Below, piece after piece: positions 39,863 through 49,500 of a stretch of DNA of 55,279 nt. The DNA comes from a virus (taxonomy: Duplodnaviria; Caudoviricetes). The notes under the pieces are model-generated. The model had not been told where the DNA came from and did not search any database. It saw nothing but the letters and a program-made list of their open reading frames with translations. The translations under genes and the position numbers were made by a program. Position 1 is the stretch's first letter, and every line of letters begins with the position of its first letter. The DNA lies in the IMG/VR virus record IMGVR_UViG_3300011013_000014, positions 1 through 55,279 of that record; one strand, 5' to 3'.

Positions 39863-41217
39863 TCCCTCTTTCTTTAGCGAAGCGTAAATATGAAAAGCAC
39901 TATTCCGAGAAGCGCAAGACTGACTCGGGAGAGGTCCGTATCTACTCTGAAGAGCATGTGGCTAAGAGGTGGAAGAAAAAAGTAGAAAAACTTAAGCGTC
40001 TTGAAAAAGACGTTATTAAGTTGCGGAAAGAATACAAGGGCCATTTGACTGATGATAATGATGCTAAGACTCGCGCTACTGCTGCCTTAATTGGGCTTAT
40101 AGACAATACCGCTATTAGAATAGGCAATGAGGATTCTGTTGCAGAATCAGGTTCTTTCGGAGCTACTACTTTGCGTAAGAAGCATGCTAAGGTTAAGGGC
40201 AATAAGGTTCGTTTTAAATTCAAGGGTAAAAGTGGGGTCCAGCAAGACATCTTGTTGGATGACGCAGCTGTTGTATCTGAGATCAAAAAGCTACTTAGCG
40301 GCAAGGGCGCCGAAGATGAGATATTTGAATACGAGCCGGGCAAGAGAGTGTCGGGCAAGATTGTCAATAGTTATTTAAAGAAATTTGATATTACGGCTAA
40401 AGACCTCAGGGGGTTTCACGCCAATAAAAAAATGACTGAGGCTTTGAAAAAGACCAAAGATTTTGACAAAGCATTAGAGCAGGTTGCTAAGGAAGTTGGA
40501 CATGAGGCCAAGACCCTGATGAATCAGTATTTGGATCCAGATTTTGTTAAGAAGCACAAGAAGGAGTCTTCATTCCTGCCTCCTCTGAGCAAGAGGGGTG
40601 CGGATTATAGGGCCGAGTTGGAAGACAAGGTAGATTCTATTTTGAGTGGTAGTGGTGGCAGGCAAGATGCCGAGGCTCCTATTGGATTTGGCCCAGCTCA
40701 ACAGCCTGAACAGGGCAAGGGACATGTAGTCCCTCCCTTGACTGAGCGTAGCAATGCCGTTTTGCCGCCCGATCAAATGGAACCTGTTGGCAGGAATAGA
40801 AAAGTCGGGCCGCACCATATTACTGACTTTTACGGACCACGAACCCATCCCACTACTGGCAAGCAGCAATTCCATAGTGGCGTAGATTTGCGAGCTAGGG
40901 AAGGCACGGAGATTTTGTCAATATTCTCAGGAGTAATAACCAGTACGGGCCATGACAATCTAAGCGGCAATTATGTCAGAGTTAAACACCCCGATGGCTT
41001 TAATTCTTCCTATTCTCACTTGAGTGAGGTATTAGTATCCGAGGGGCAGGGAGTCAGTGCCGGCCAGGTAGTTGGGCTAGCAGGTTCTACCGGGCGCGTA
41101 ACTGCGGCCCACCTTCATTTACGTTTGGAGTACAATGGAGAAAAAATAGATCCAGCTCCTTATTTGCGACAATACACAGTAATTGGGCGTACTATCCAGA
41201 ATAGGAGCAATTCATAA
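39859..41217 (+). CDS. topoisomerase IB catalytic domain fused to an M23 metallopeptidase
   Basis: IRIGN, FKGKSG, KDLR, VGH and QYLDP (Topo IB R-K-R-H-Y residues); HSGVDL, YSHL and HLH (M23 zinc motifs). Confidence 0.88.
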   Translation: MIPLSLAKRKYEKHYSEKRKTDSGEVRIYSEEHVAKRWKKKVEKLKRLEKDVIKLRKEYKGHLTDDNDAKTRATAALIGLIDNTAIRIGNEDSVAESGSFGATTLRKKHAKVKGNKVRFKFKGKSGVQQDILLDDAAVVSEIKKLLSGKGAEDEIFEYEPGKRVSGKIVNSYLKKFDITAKDLRGFHANKKMTEALKKTKDFDKALEQVAKEVGHEAKTLMNQYLDPDFVKKHKKESSFLPPLSKRGADYRAELEDKVDSILSGSGGRQDAEAPIGFGPAQQPEQGKGHVVPPLTERSNAVLPPDQMEPVGRNRKVGPHHITDFYGPRTHPTTGKQQFHSGVDLRAREGTEILSIFSGVITSTGHDNLSGNYVRVKHPDGFNSSYSHLSEVLVSEGQGVSAGQVVGLAGSTGRVTAAHLHLRLEYNGEKIDPAPYLRQYTVIGRTIQNRSNS

Positions 41218-41495
41218 TGCCAGAGTGGATGGGCAAGGCCCAGGAGAAAGACTTTGAGGCCGCGTCAAAAATAGTGAAGAAAGATATTGGAAAGAATAAA
41301 TTAAAGGACGATGATTATGCCTTGGTGATGCACATATGGAAAAACATGGAAAAGGCGCATCGTGGCAATAAAAAGAAGAAGAAGAAGTCTGAATTGGTGT
41401 CGGACATGATTTTGCTAGCAAATGAATTAGATTCGCGGGCTTTGTTTAATCATGCTGATAAGATAGATTTAATACTTAGTGGTTTAGCTAGCTAG
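41217..41495 (+). CDS. small basic protein ending in the LA[ND]xLD module
   Basis: C-terminal MILLANELDSRALFNHADKID. Confidence 0.7.
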   Translation: MPEWMGKAQEKDFEAASKIVKKDIGKNKLKDDDYALVMHIWKNMEKAHRGNKKKKKKSELVSDMILLANELDSRALFNHADKIDLILSGLAS

Positions 41496-41528
41496 ACGCT
41501 AGATGCACTAATGTTCTCGGGAGATATT

Positions 41529-43811
41529 ATGGTTGAAAATGTATACGAGTCTTTAAAGAAGGTTTTGCTATCTAGGCTTGAGAAGACTGCAGCGAGCGAT
41601 GATCTAGGACGTTTATTAGGTCAGATGTATCGTCGTTTAACTGGATATGAGAACAAGCTTGCAAATGCGGATGACGTTATAAGCCGCGTTCAGTCAGCTC
41701 CTGAGAATTCACTTGTAAACAAAGATGAGCAGCTGAGTAAGCTCATGCGAGATCGAGAGCGTATTGCTGATAGTATTAATACTTTGCGAGAGCAGTACGA
41801 GATTAAACAATTACAATACACCACTGAGCAAGGCCAGCCTTGGTCAGAACCAGAGCTTAGGCGCCCTCCATTGCAGTACAAGGAAGAAGAAAGGGCGGCA
41901 CCCAGCCCTAGGCAGGATGGCCCCATGCGTAAAGAGCGTCGGCCTGAGATGTGGGGTAGTAAATCTAGGGAAGATCGTAAAGCCAGAGAGCGTGCTCTGA
42001 GTGGTGAAGAGCCTGCTATGTCTGTTAAGGTAAAGGAGGAAGTTCCATTATCTGTAAGCAAAGATGCTCCTTCAGAGAGCAAGGCTCCCAGTGGTAAAGG
42101 CCCTATGTCGTTTAAAGAATGGCGCGAAGGGGTGGGCAAATCCCATCCAGCAGCTATGGATCTTGAGACAGAGACTGATTTCGCTGTAAGGAACGAAAAG
42201 GCCAGTGAGCTTTTCGGTGCTTACAAGCAGTATTTGGACTCTGTTACTGGGCAGCGCAGTGAAAGTTTGAGACCGTCTCATTTAGACATTGTCAAGCCTG
42301 AAGAGCTCGGAGAGATTTCCGCTTCAGATATAATGTCTAACTTATTTAGTCATATTTTAAAAATAACAGGCGCTGCTGAATCTGGCGGAGACAGCGTTTC
42401 TGGACAGATGGTGCAATATTTGTATTCAGTTGTGCAGGGTGCAGAAACAGACGTCCCTGATTTTATCGCTTTTAGTAAGCGGGACTGGATCTCTCACAAA
42501 GGAGAGCGTTTGCATGGGTATGCGGCAAATAAATTAGTAGCTGATGATTTAAACCGTGTTGCCAAAAATCTTGGCAGTTTTCTTGGTGATTTTGGCACGA
42601 GGTTAGAAGAATTGCCAGCTTCTCCGAGTGATGCTGATCGTAAACGATTAGCTAACCAATTAAATACTCAACTTGATAGTGCTGCAGGCTCTATTGTGAG
42701 TAGCCTGGTAAATAATTTGGAAAAAATGAATAAGGCTGATGTTATGCATGGTCGTGGAGAGGGCGCTCGTCTTGCTCCGGGGGAAGAGGGGTTTTTAGAG
42801 CCCAAGCCTGAGGCTAAAGAGCGATACGAGCCATTTATAGGCGGAACTTCAAGAATGCAGGAGCTCATGGGTGTTGATCCTCAGCGACCCTCTGGCACTC
42901 CAGAGGACCTTGGAGTGCTAGACACTCGTCGCCCTACTCCTTCGGACTTGAAGATGCTTTCATTTGAGGAATGGGGCAGGAGTGGCGCTGGTAAGGACTC
43001 TGTAGATGCATGGAGGGCCGGAGGAGGCGGTGCGGATGGCTTGAGTGCGTTATCTGACGAATATCAGGCTTATGTTCAAAAGCAAAAAATGCTTGGTCGC
43101 CAAATGAAGGAACAGCAGTCTGGTACAGGCGGGCAAACTCGCCGCCGTGTAGCACCTTTGAGACGACGCAGGCAGCGCAGCAAGAAGCGCCCAGGTACTG
43201 AGGTCCAGCAGGAGCATGGCTCCATACCGGCCCCTATTGATCTCCCCGATTTGGAAACAAGCAAGGCTAATGACTTGTTAGAGAAGATAGCTGTTAGGCG
43301 CAGGCATCGCAGGCACCTGATGAAACACAAGATGGAGGGCCGCCCAGTTGTGCGTGACATTGCACCGGAAACCCCTCTGGACGATCCAGAAGCATTTAAG
43401 GGAGAGCGCGCTACGACACCCTCGGACGAAGTCATGGAAGGCATGCACGAGGGCGCCAGGCTTATGAGGGAGCAGTTGGGAGAGCGGTCCGACCTAGTAA
43501 CTGATGATTTGTATAAGACCAGAGAGGAATTGATGGACCTATATGAAATTGTTAAAAACCAACACAGGCATGCTAAGCGCCAGCATAAGGCGGGCGACAT
43601 AAGTGATGTCAAATTCGGAAAATATGAAGCCCTTTTAAATAATCTTAAATCAGATATTAAAAACGTAGAAATGAAAATAAAGGATGCCGAAAGATTCATG
43701 CAAGAAGAGGGAACCTATAGCGATCCTCTGGGCGGGCAATCTGATAGAATCAGCCCTGTAGACCCTCGCTTCACTCCCTCTCGTTCTAGGAAAATGCATA
43801 GCCAAACATGA
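41529..43811 (+). CDS. large charged hypothetical protein, probably virion-internal
   Basis: SD GGGAG; N-terminal LEKTA; Arg-rich patches; internal SFxEW repeat. Confidence 0.75.
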   Translation: MVENVYESLKKVLLSRLEKTAASDDLGRLLGQMYRRLTGYENKLANADDVISRVQSAPENSLVNKDEQLSKLMRDRERIADSINTLREQYEIKQLQYTTEQGQPWSEPELRRPPLQYKEEERAAPSPRQDGPMRKERRPEMWGSKSREDRKARERALSGEEPAMSVKVKEEVPLSVSKDAPSESKAPSGKGPMSFKEWREGVGKSHPAAMDLETETDFAVRNEKASELFGAYKQYLDSVTGQRSESLRPSHLDIVKPEELGEISASDIMSNLFSHILKITGAAESGGDSVSGQMVQYLYSVVQGAETDVPDFIAFSKRDWISHKGERLHGYAANKLVADDLNRVAKNLGSFLGDFGTRLEELPASPSDADRKRLANQLNTQLDSAAGSIVSSLVNNLEKMNKADVMHGRGEGARLAPGEEGFLEPKPEAKERYEPFIGGTSRMQELMGVDPQRPSGTPEDLGVLDTRRPTPSDLKMLSFEEWGRSGAGKDSVDAWRAGGGGADGLSALSDEYQAYVQKQKMLGRQMKEQQSGTGGQTRRRVAPLRRRRQRSKKRPGTEVQQEHGSIPAPIDLPDLETSKANDLLEKIAVRRRHRRHLMKHKMEGRPVVRDIAPETPLDDPEAFKGERATTPSDEVMEGMHEGARLMREQLGERSDLVTDDLYKTREELMDLYEIVKNQHRHAKRQHKAGDISDVKFGKYEALLNNLKSDIKNVEMKIKDAERFMQEEGTYSDPLGGQSDRISPVDPRFTPSRSRKMHSQT

Positions 43812-44155
43812 TTAAATCTGCATCAATATTAGCCCTTAGTGTGTTGGCCAGTGAGCTTGACTCTGCTTATTTTTTTAATGAGGCAGACGGGCTTGATGTT
43901 ATGGCAAAAAACATGCTTTCAGATGGTCCAGAGTCAGCATTAGAAAAAAAGATATTTAATCACATTTTGGACGCGGCTCATGAGTTTTTAGAGCACAACG
44001 ATATAGACGCAGATCCTCTGTCACTTGTTGAAGAGCTGGCCATGTCTTTCTATGACACCTTTGAACGTCATTTTGATGAGAATTTAAGCAAAGATTTAGA
44101 TGATGGTCGGTTTGGCCTTAATGACTCTACGGACCCTACAGGAAAAGCAGCATGA
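43808..44155 (+). CDS. hypothetical protein with N-terminal LA[ND]xLD-type module
   Basis: MIKSAS...LSVLASELDSAYFFNEADGLD. Confidence 0.7.
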   Translation: MIKSASILALSVLASELDSAYFFNEADGLDVMAKNMLSDGPESALEKKIFNHILDAAHEFLEHNDIDADPLSLVEELAMSFYDTFERHFDENLSKDLDDGRFGLNDSTDPTGKAA

Positions 44156-44562
44156 TCAAAGAGGGAGCTATGGAGAGCAGCGGGGTAACCGATTCGTCTT
44201 CCGGCAAAGAAATTATGATATCGACTACCGCACGCAAGTTTTTCAGAGAGCAGTTTCAGGAACATGCCAAAACTAGAAATGTTATTATAAACAGATACTT
44301 GGCAGATATGTTTTCTCAGGGAGCAGTAATTCATTCTTTTAAACCAAAAGGGTATGACCAGCTGGCTCCTAATGAGAAGCCAGATGAGACAGGAGAGGTC
44401 CGCTCTGTTGGTGGCGGTAAAGTCATAGGCATAGTGGCCTCCGACCATGTGCGCATCTTGGCAATAAAAGGCGGTATTTCAAATACTTTGCCATCAGTAG
44501 AACAAGGGAGCGCGCCAAGCACAGGCGGCGAAGTCGAAGAGGCATTGCGAGGTACGTTTTGA
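44152..44562 (+). CDS. hypothetical protein
   Basis: ATGA-coupled ORF. Confidence 0.65.
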   Translation: MIKEGAMESSGVTDSSSGKEIMISTTARKFFREQFQEHAKTRNVIINRYLADMFSQGAVIHSFKPKGYDQLAPNEKPDETGEVRSVGGGKVIGIVASDHVRILAIKGGISNTLPSVEQGSAPSTGGEVEEALRGTF

Positions 44563-44900
44563 ACAAAAATGAATTATTTTGGACCGAGCACTTGATTGAG
44601 GCTGCTTGTTGTAACACAGGGATGAGCCGGCGTCAATTAAAAACAGTAACTGCACGCATGCGCTCTATTGGGGGACTGACTATTCGGGCAAGCCTGACTA
44701 GTCTCGCTAATAGTTCTAATGCTGAAATAGTTAAGAAATTCACCCCGTATATACTCGAAGTAGCAGATAGCGAAGGTGGAGAAGATATAGATGAAGGGGC
44801 CGTAAAATTGCATGATAATACTAAGGACATGATTCAAAACCACCCTTATGAAGTTGTCAATGAGCATTCTGCTTTTTCAGTACAGGCTCCAATTGCCTGA
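44559..44900 (+). CDS. hypothetical protein
   Basis: TTG start after GAGGT. Confidence 0.6.
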   Translation: MNKNELFWTEHLIEAACCNTGMSRRQLKTVTARMRSIGGLTIRASLTSLANSSNAEIVKKFTPYILEVADSEGGEDIDEGAVKLHDNTKDMIQNHPYEVVNEHSAFSVQAPIA

Positions 44901-44938
44901 TCTATTAATACAGAACCACTTTAAGCGCGAGGGCCCTG

Positions 44939-45526
44939 ATGCGTAAACAAGCTATTCCCATTTACTCTATTGACATTACTGACAATGAGATGGCCCAGGC
45001 AGCTCAGACTCGTAAAGAGTTTGAGAGTCTGATTTTCCATATGGATGATGCTTTTCAGCATTTATATAAATTAGATTCGGCCTTAGAGAGCTTGAAGGAT
45101 AGTGCCAACTTTTCCAGCTTGGCGGATCTGTTTGTTAAGTTTAGAAGGAAAACCAAGAAGCTTTTTGATGTATTTATTAAGCAGTTAGAATCTTCTTTAT
45201 TTTCTATAAACAAAATGATTTCTGACTCTGAGATGGTACGAATTAAAGAAACCATTGTGGCAGAAATAAGAGAAATAAGAGATGGCGTGAATGAGATACT
45301 TCAGGTTTTAGAGGTCCCTACAGACCCTCAATTCATTCAGGATTATAGAGAAATTGTAGAGAGAATTGGCCACAGGGCTAATTCATTAGAAGAAGTTATT
45401 ACAGACCAGCTATATTCTCATATAGATCATGATATACTTGGCAAAATACGCCTAGGTTCGAAAAAACCTGCGCTTGTTATTAGGGGTGAAAAATGGGATT
45501 CGTTAAATATTCCGTTGCGAAGGTAG
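44939..45526 (+). CDS. hypothetical helical protein
   Basis: Starts MRKQA; near the end carries the RLGSKKPALVIRG motif. Confidence 0.7.
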   Translation: MRKQAIPIYSIDITDNEMAQAAQTRKEFESLIFHMDDAFQHLYKLDSALESLKDSANFSSLADLFVKFRRKTKKLFDVFIKQLESSLFSINKMISDSEMVRIKETIVAEIREIRDGVNEILQVLEVPTDPQFIQDYREIVERIGHRANSLEEVITDQLYSHIDHDILGKIRLGSKKPALVIRGEKWDSLNIPLRR

Positions 45527-45636
45527 AGGTGGTAGCTCAAGACAAAGAAGTTCCTGCCTGGGTAGCCAATGCTACTGTCAGTGCTGAAGAGTCTGCTTCG
45601 GAAGAGAGTGACGCAGAGGATGCTGTAGAGGAGTAG
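45493..45636 (+). CDS. small acidic protein, 47 aa
   Basis: SD GGGGTG; MGFVKYSVAKVEVVAQDKEVPAWVANATVSAEESASEESDAEDAVEE*; fills the gap before the HNH gene. Confidence 0.55.
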   Translation: MGFVKYSVAKVEVVAQDKEVPAWVANATVSAEESASEESDAEDAVEE

Positions 45637-45640
45637 TTGG

Positions 45641-46538
45641 TTGGAAATTGAGAAGAGCAAATATTCCATGCAGGATGTAAATAAATGGGCCGAGTCATAT
45701 AAGGACGTCGGTTCTTTTGCCGCTGTAGCCAGGCAGGCTGGTGTTAGCAGGGATACTGTAGGGCGGTGGCTAACAAAGTATAAGGACCTATTTGGTATTG
45801 TTTTCTTAAAAGATGTGAAAGCAGAATTTGAAAAACAAGGCCTGCGAAAATGCACAATATGTAATGACACTAAAAAACTTGTTTGCTTTGGCAAAAATAA
45901 TGCTTCAAGATGCAAGCCATGTGGTTGGAAAATAAGTGCTGAATGGCGCAATAATAATAGAGTCAGATCTAATGCTATATCGCGAGAATATAATGCAAGG
46001 AGAAGCGGAAGGGACCATGCTTTGGCAATTATTAATGGGCAAAAACGGTGTATTGACTGCTTGATGGCTTATGATATATCAGCCTTTTATAATGCACGTC
46101 GAACAAAAAAAGATGGCACCAGGGCCAAGGTAGCAAGGTGTAGGAAGTATTTTCTTGCTCGCGTTTCCAACAGAAGAGTTAATGATGTGGGATTCAAATT
46201 AGCTACTCATTTACGGACTAGAACTAGGCAGGCTATTAAGAACGGACAAAAAAAAGGGCTCGGCTGTTAGAGACCTTGGGTGTTCAGTCCCGGAATTAAA
46301 AACTTACTTAGAAGAAAAGTTTTATAAAAGCAAGGATGGCCAAAGCATGACTTGGTCCAATTATGGTTTCAATGGCTGGCATATAGACCACATAAGGCCA
46401 CTTGCCGCTTTTGATTTGGCTAATAGGAGTGAGTTTTTAAAAGCTTGTCATTTTACTAATTTGCAACCATTATGGGCGGCGGATAATTTTAAAAAAGGCA
46501 GTAAAATTATGTATGATGTAATGAAAAACGAGGGGTGA
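45641..46538 (+). pseudogene. frameshifted HNH (endonuclease VII-like) homing endonuclease
   Basis: HTH and CxxC repeats; removing one base near the A8 run at 46248-46255 joins to KGSAVRDLGCS..EL..YLE.KF...MTWSNYG..WHIDHIRPL...CHFTNLQPLWA.DN. Confidence 0.8.
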
Positions 46539-46545
46539 GGTAATA

Positions 46546-49500
46546 ATGTTTTTAAAACAAGCCACTGCTGTGGGATTTGAGCCAATTAATGGTGCCGCCA
46601 GAGACGCGGCCTTGTCTGCTTATGCTGATGAAATTAATGAAATGCTTGTCAAGCGTGCCAAGAAGGCCAAGAGGCTGATGCCAAAGCCGGATGATTTCAT
46701 TTTGGGCCATTGCATTATGATGCACGCAGGAGAGACGACCCTAATCAATCAAGCCACTGGCGAGCCAATTCTGAACAAAAAAGGGAAGCCTGTTTCTGGT
46801 TGTTTTGAGAAAGTCGTAGATGGCAATGGAAAAGACAGTGTGAGGTGGGTTTCTGCTGACGGTATAATGCCTTATAAAAATATGAACGGAGATATTTTTC
46901 CTGAAGAAGATTTAATTGCTAAGCACAAGGAGTGGATAGGAAAGCCTCTTTGCAAGGATCATATTAGCAGCTCTGTTGATGGCATACGCGGCATAGTGGT
47001 AGATACTTATTATGATACCAAGTTTAAACGAGTGCATGCTTTGTTTGCTCTTGATCGTAAAAACTACCCTGAGCTTGCTGCAAAAGTAGAGCGTGGTTAT
47101 GCAACTTCTGTTTCCATGGGAACGGCAGTGGGCAAGGCTATATGTACAGAGTGTTCTAATATAGCTACTACCGAGGCAGAGTATTGCGAGCATATACGTA
47201 AAAAGAGTAATTATGGTGAAATAAATAAAGATTTATCTCCCATAGAGCTCAGCTTGGTGGTCACAGGCGCAGATCCTGCTGCTAAGGTAAAAACTGTACT
47301 TGCTAGTTTGCGCGATTATGTAGCGCAAGCAGAAAATGAATTTCATGAGATTGCGAATGGCAATTCTGCTGATAAGCAATCTCTAGATAGTATCCTAGCA
47401 TCTATCAGAAAAGCGGAAATCAAGCTTGATGATGTTAGGATTTGCAAGATGGCAGATTTAGATCTTGATCATCTTGCAGAAAATATAGTGAATTTGGAGA
47501 GTCGTAAAAAGGGAGACCCTAATATTGAATTCTATGCACAACAGCTGCCTCAGGGAGTTGAAGAGTTGGCAGGAGTTCAGGATCAGGGATTATTGAGACG
47601 ACTTCTTCATCAAGCTAATAAACATGATCTTGAGTTTTATCAAAATGTGTCTGACGCTTTATCTCAGCTTGAAATGGCTGAGAGTGGCGAAAATGAACTA
47701 CTAATAAATAAAACTCATGATAACGGTGACGTTGGAAATCCTGGGCAAGAACATACTGTTGGCTTTACTGACAGTTCAGGATATACTCTTAACGAAGGGT
47801 TTTCCGACGATTTATCTACTGGCGATCTTTTGCCAATGGATAATAAGCCGCCACCGGGTGAATACATGCAAGGGTTTAGCTCCTTGTATACTGAACTGGA
47901 CAAAGTTGGAACGTCTGATGAAATCACTAGCCTGGAAAACAAGTTAGCTGGCTTAAAAGACCAAATTCTAAGTCTTGAAAAAACTCTTGAATACAATAAG
48001 GAGAAACCAATGAATTTTGATGAGATGAAGGAGCGTTCAATCAGTCGCCGTCTTGCATATCACCAGGGTACGGAGCCCAACCAGAAGTATGAACTTATGG
48101 GAGATCAGGATAAGATCCGTAACACGATGGATAAGCAAATGGTGGGAGATGAACTCGACTATGGTAGTGATGCTGAGGCATTAGCTGCTGGTGACAAAAG
48201 TAAGAAAGAACTAATGCAACGTGCTGCGCTTGAAGAGCGTAAGTTGCGTCGTGCTGCTTTGAGGGCCCAGATTGAAAAGGCCGCTAATAATGGAGAGATT
48301 GTTTATGATAAATCAGGGCAGCCTGCTGGCGTCAAAGGCACTGATGGCAAGTTCCGCGCAGTAACCCAGTCCGCTGATGATGGCGAAGAGGGTAAGAAAG
48401 AGTACAAGAAAAAGGCCTATTACCAGGGGTCTGAGGAGCCGAAGCCAGGTCAACCTCAGTATGAAAACTCTGGCAACCAAGACAAGGTTCGCAGCACTAT
48501 GGACAAACAAATGGTGGGCGAAGGTATGGAGTCTGGATCGGACGGCTTGCACCCTGGTTACAAGGGCAATTCTGATGAGTCAGTTAAAAAGTACTGGCAG
48601 CGAATGGCTAACCTGAAGGGCAAGCTCGTTAAGGGCGCTGCTTCTGACGCGCGTTGGGACATTTTTGCTGATGGCGAAAAAGTACTTACCGTTAATGCTA
48701 GCGATGTTTATGGCGCTGTTTGGAATGATAAAGTTTCTAAAGAGGCCGGTGCGGCTACTCACGGAGAGTACTTTCAAAACAAGGATTATGGCAAGCGCCT
48801 TCTGAATCTTGTACGCGAAGCAGAGGGCCCTATGGGCGCTGCTGAAGCACTTGAGCTCCCCGATGAGGCTGGCATGGCCGGTAAGGCTGGCATGGCCGGC
48901 GATGATGGGATGAGTGGAGCGAAGGATAAGGTTCTTGCTGCCATTTCGGCAGCACAGGATGCATTGGCCGATGCCGAGGCTGCTCTTGGTGCTTCTGGAA
49001 TCGTAGACGTTGAGGTCCCTGCTAGCGAAGACAACTTGGGCGGCCTGCCTATTGCTGCTTCTGCGAAACACTTAATTGAGGTTCGTGCCGAGGTTGAAGC
49101 CTCTATCGAAGAACTTTCATTTTTGGGCCAAAACATGAGTAATGATGAGTCAGTAGCCAGTGCTGCGACTGAGGCTGTTAATGATGCTAACGCAGTTATT
49201 GCTTATTACAAAGGCCTCGTTACTGAGGCTAAAAGCTCTACTGAGAAAACCGCATCTGATATGTTGCAAGACCTGCTCAAAGTTCGCGCTGCCAAGCGTG
49301 CTGCTGTAGCTGCCAAGGCTATTAGGACCACTGCTAATGCAGACCTGAGTAATGCAGGGGTTGATGAGCTGATTTCTGCCGCTTCTGATGAATGGGCAGA
49401 TCTTCCTGATGACTGGGCTGATTTACCAAAACCAGAGGTTGATACGACGCGTCCTGGAGATGCTTACGATATGCTTGTTGATGATATGGCCGCTAAAGAC

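Noticed and set aside
39859-40560. Tyrosine integrase indicating a prophage
   Set aside because: Motif wording (RIGN, FKGKSG, TAKDLR, YLDP) fits Topo IB better, and no att site or host genes were seen
45493-46546. Group I intron joining the 47-aa ORF to the protease around the HNH gene
   Set aside because: Only 4 and 7 non-coding bases flank the HNH, leaving no room for a ribozyme core, and both flanking ORFs have their own SD and start
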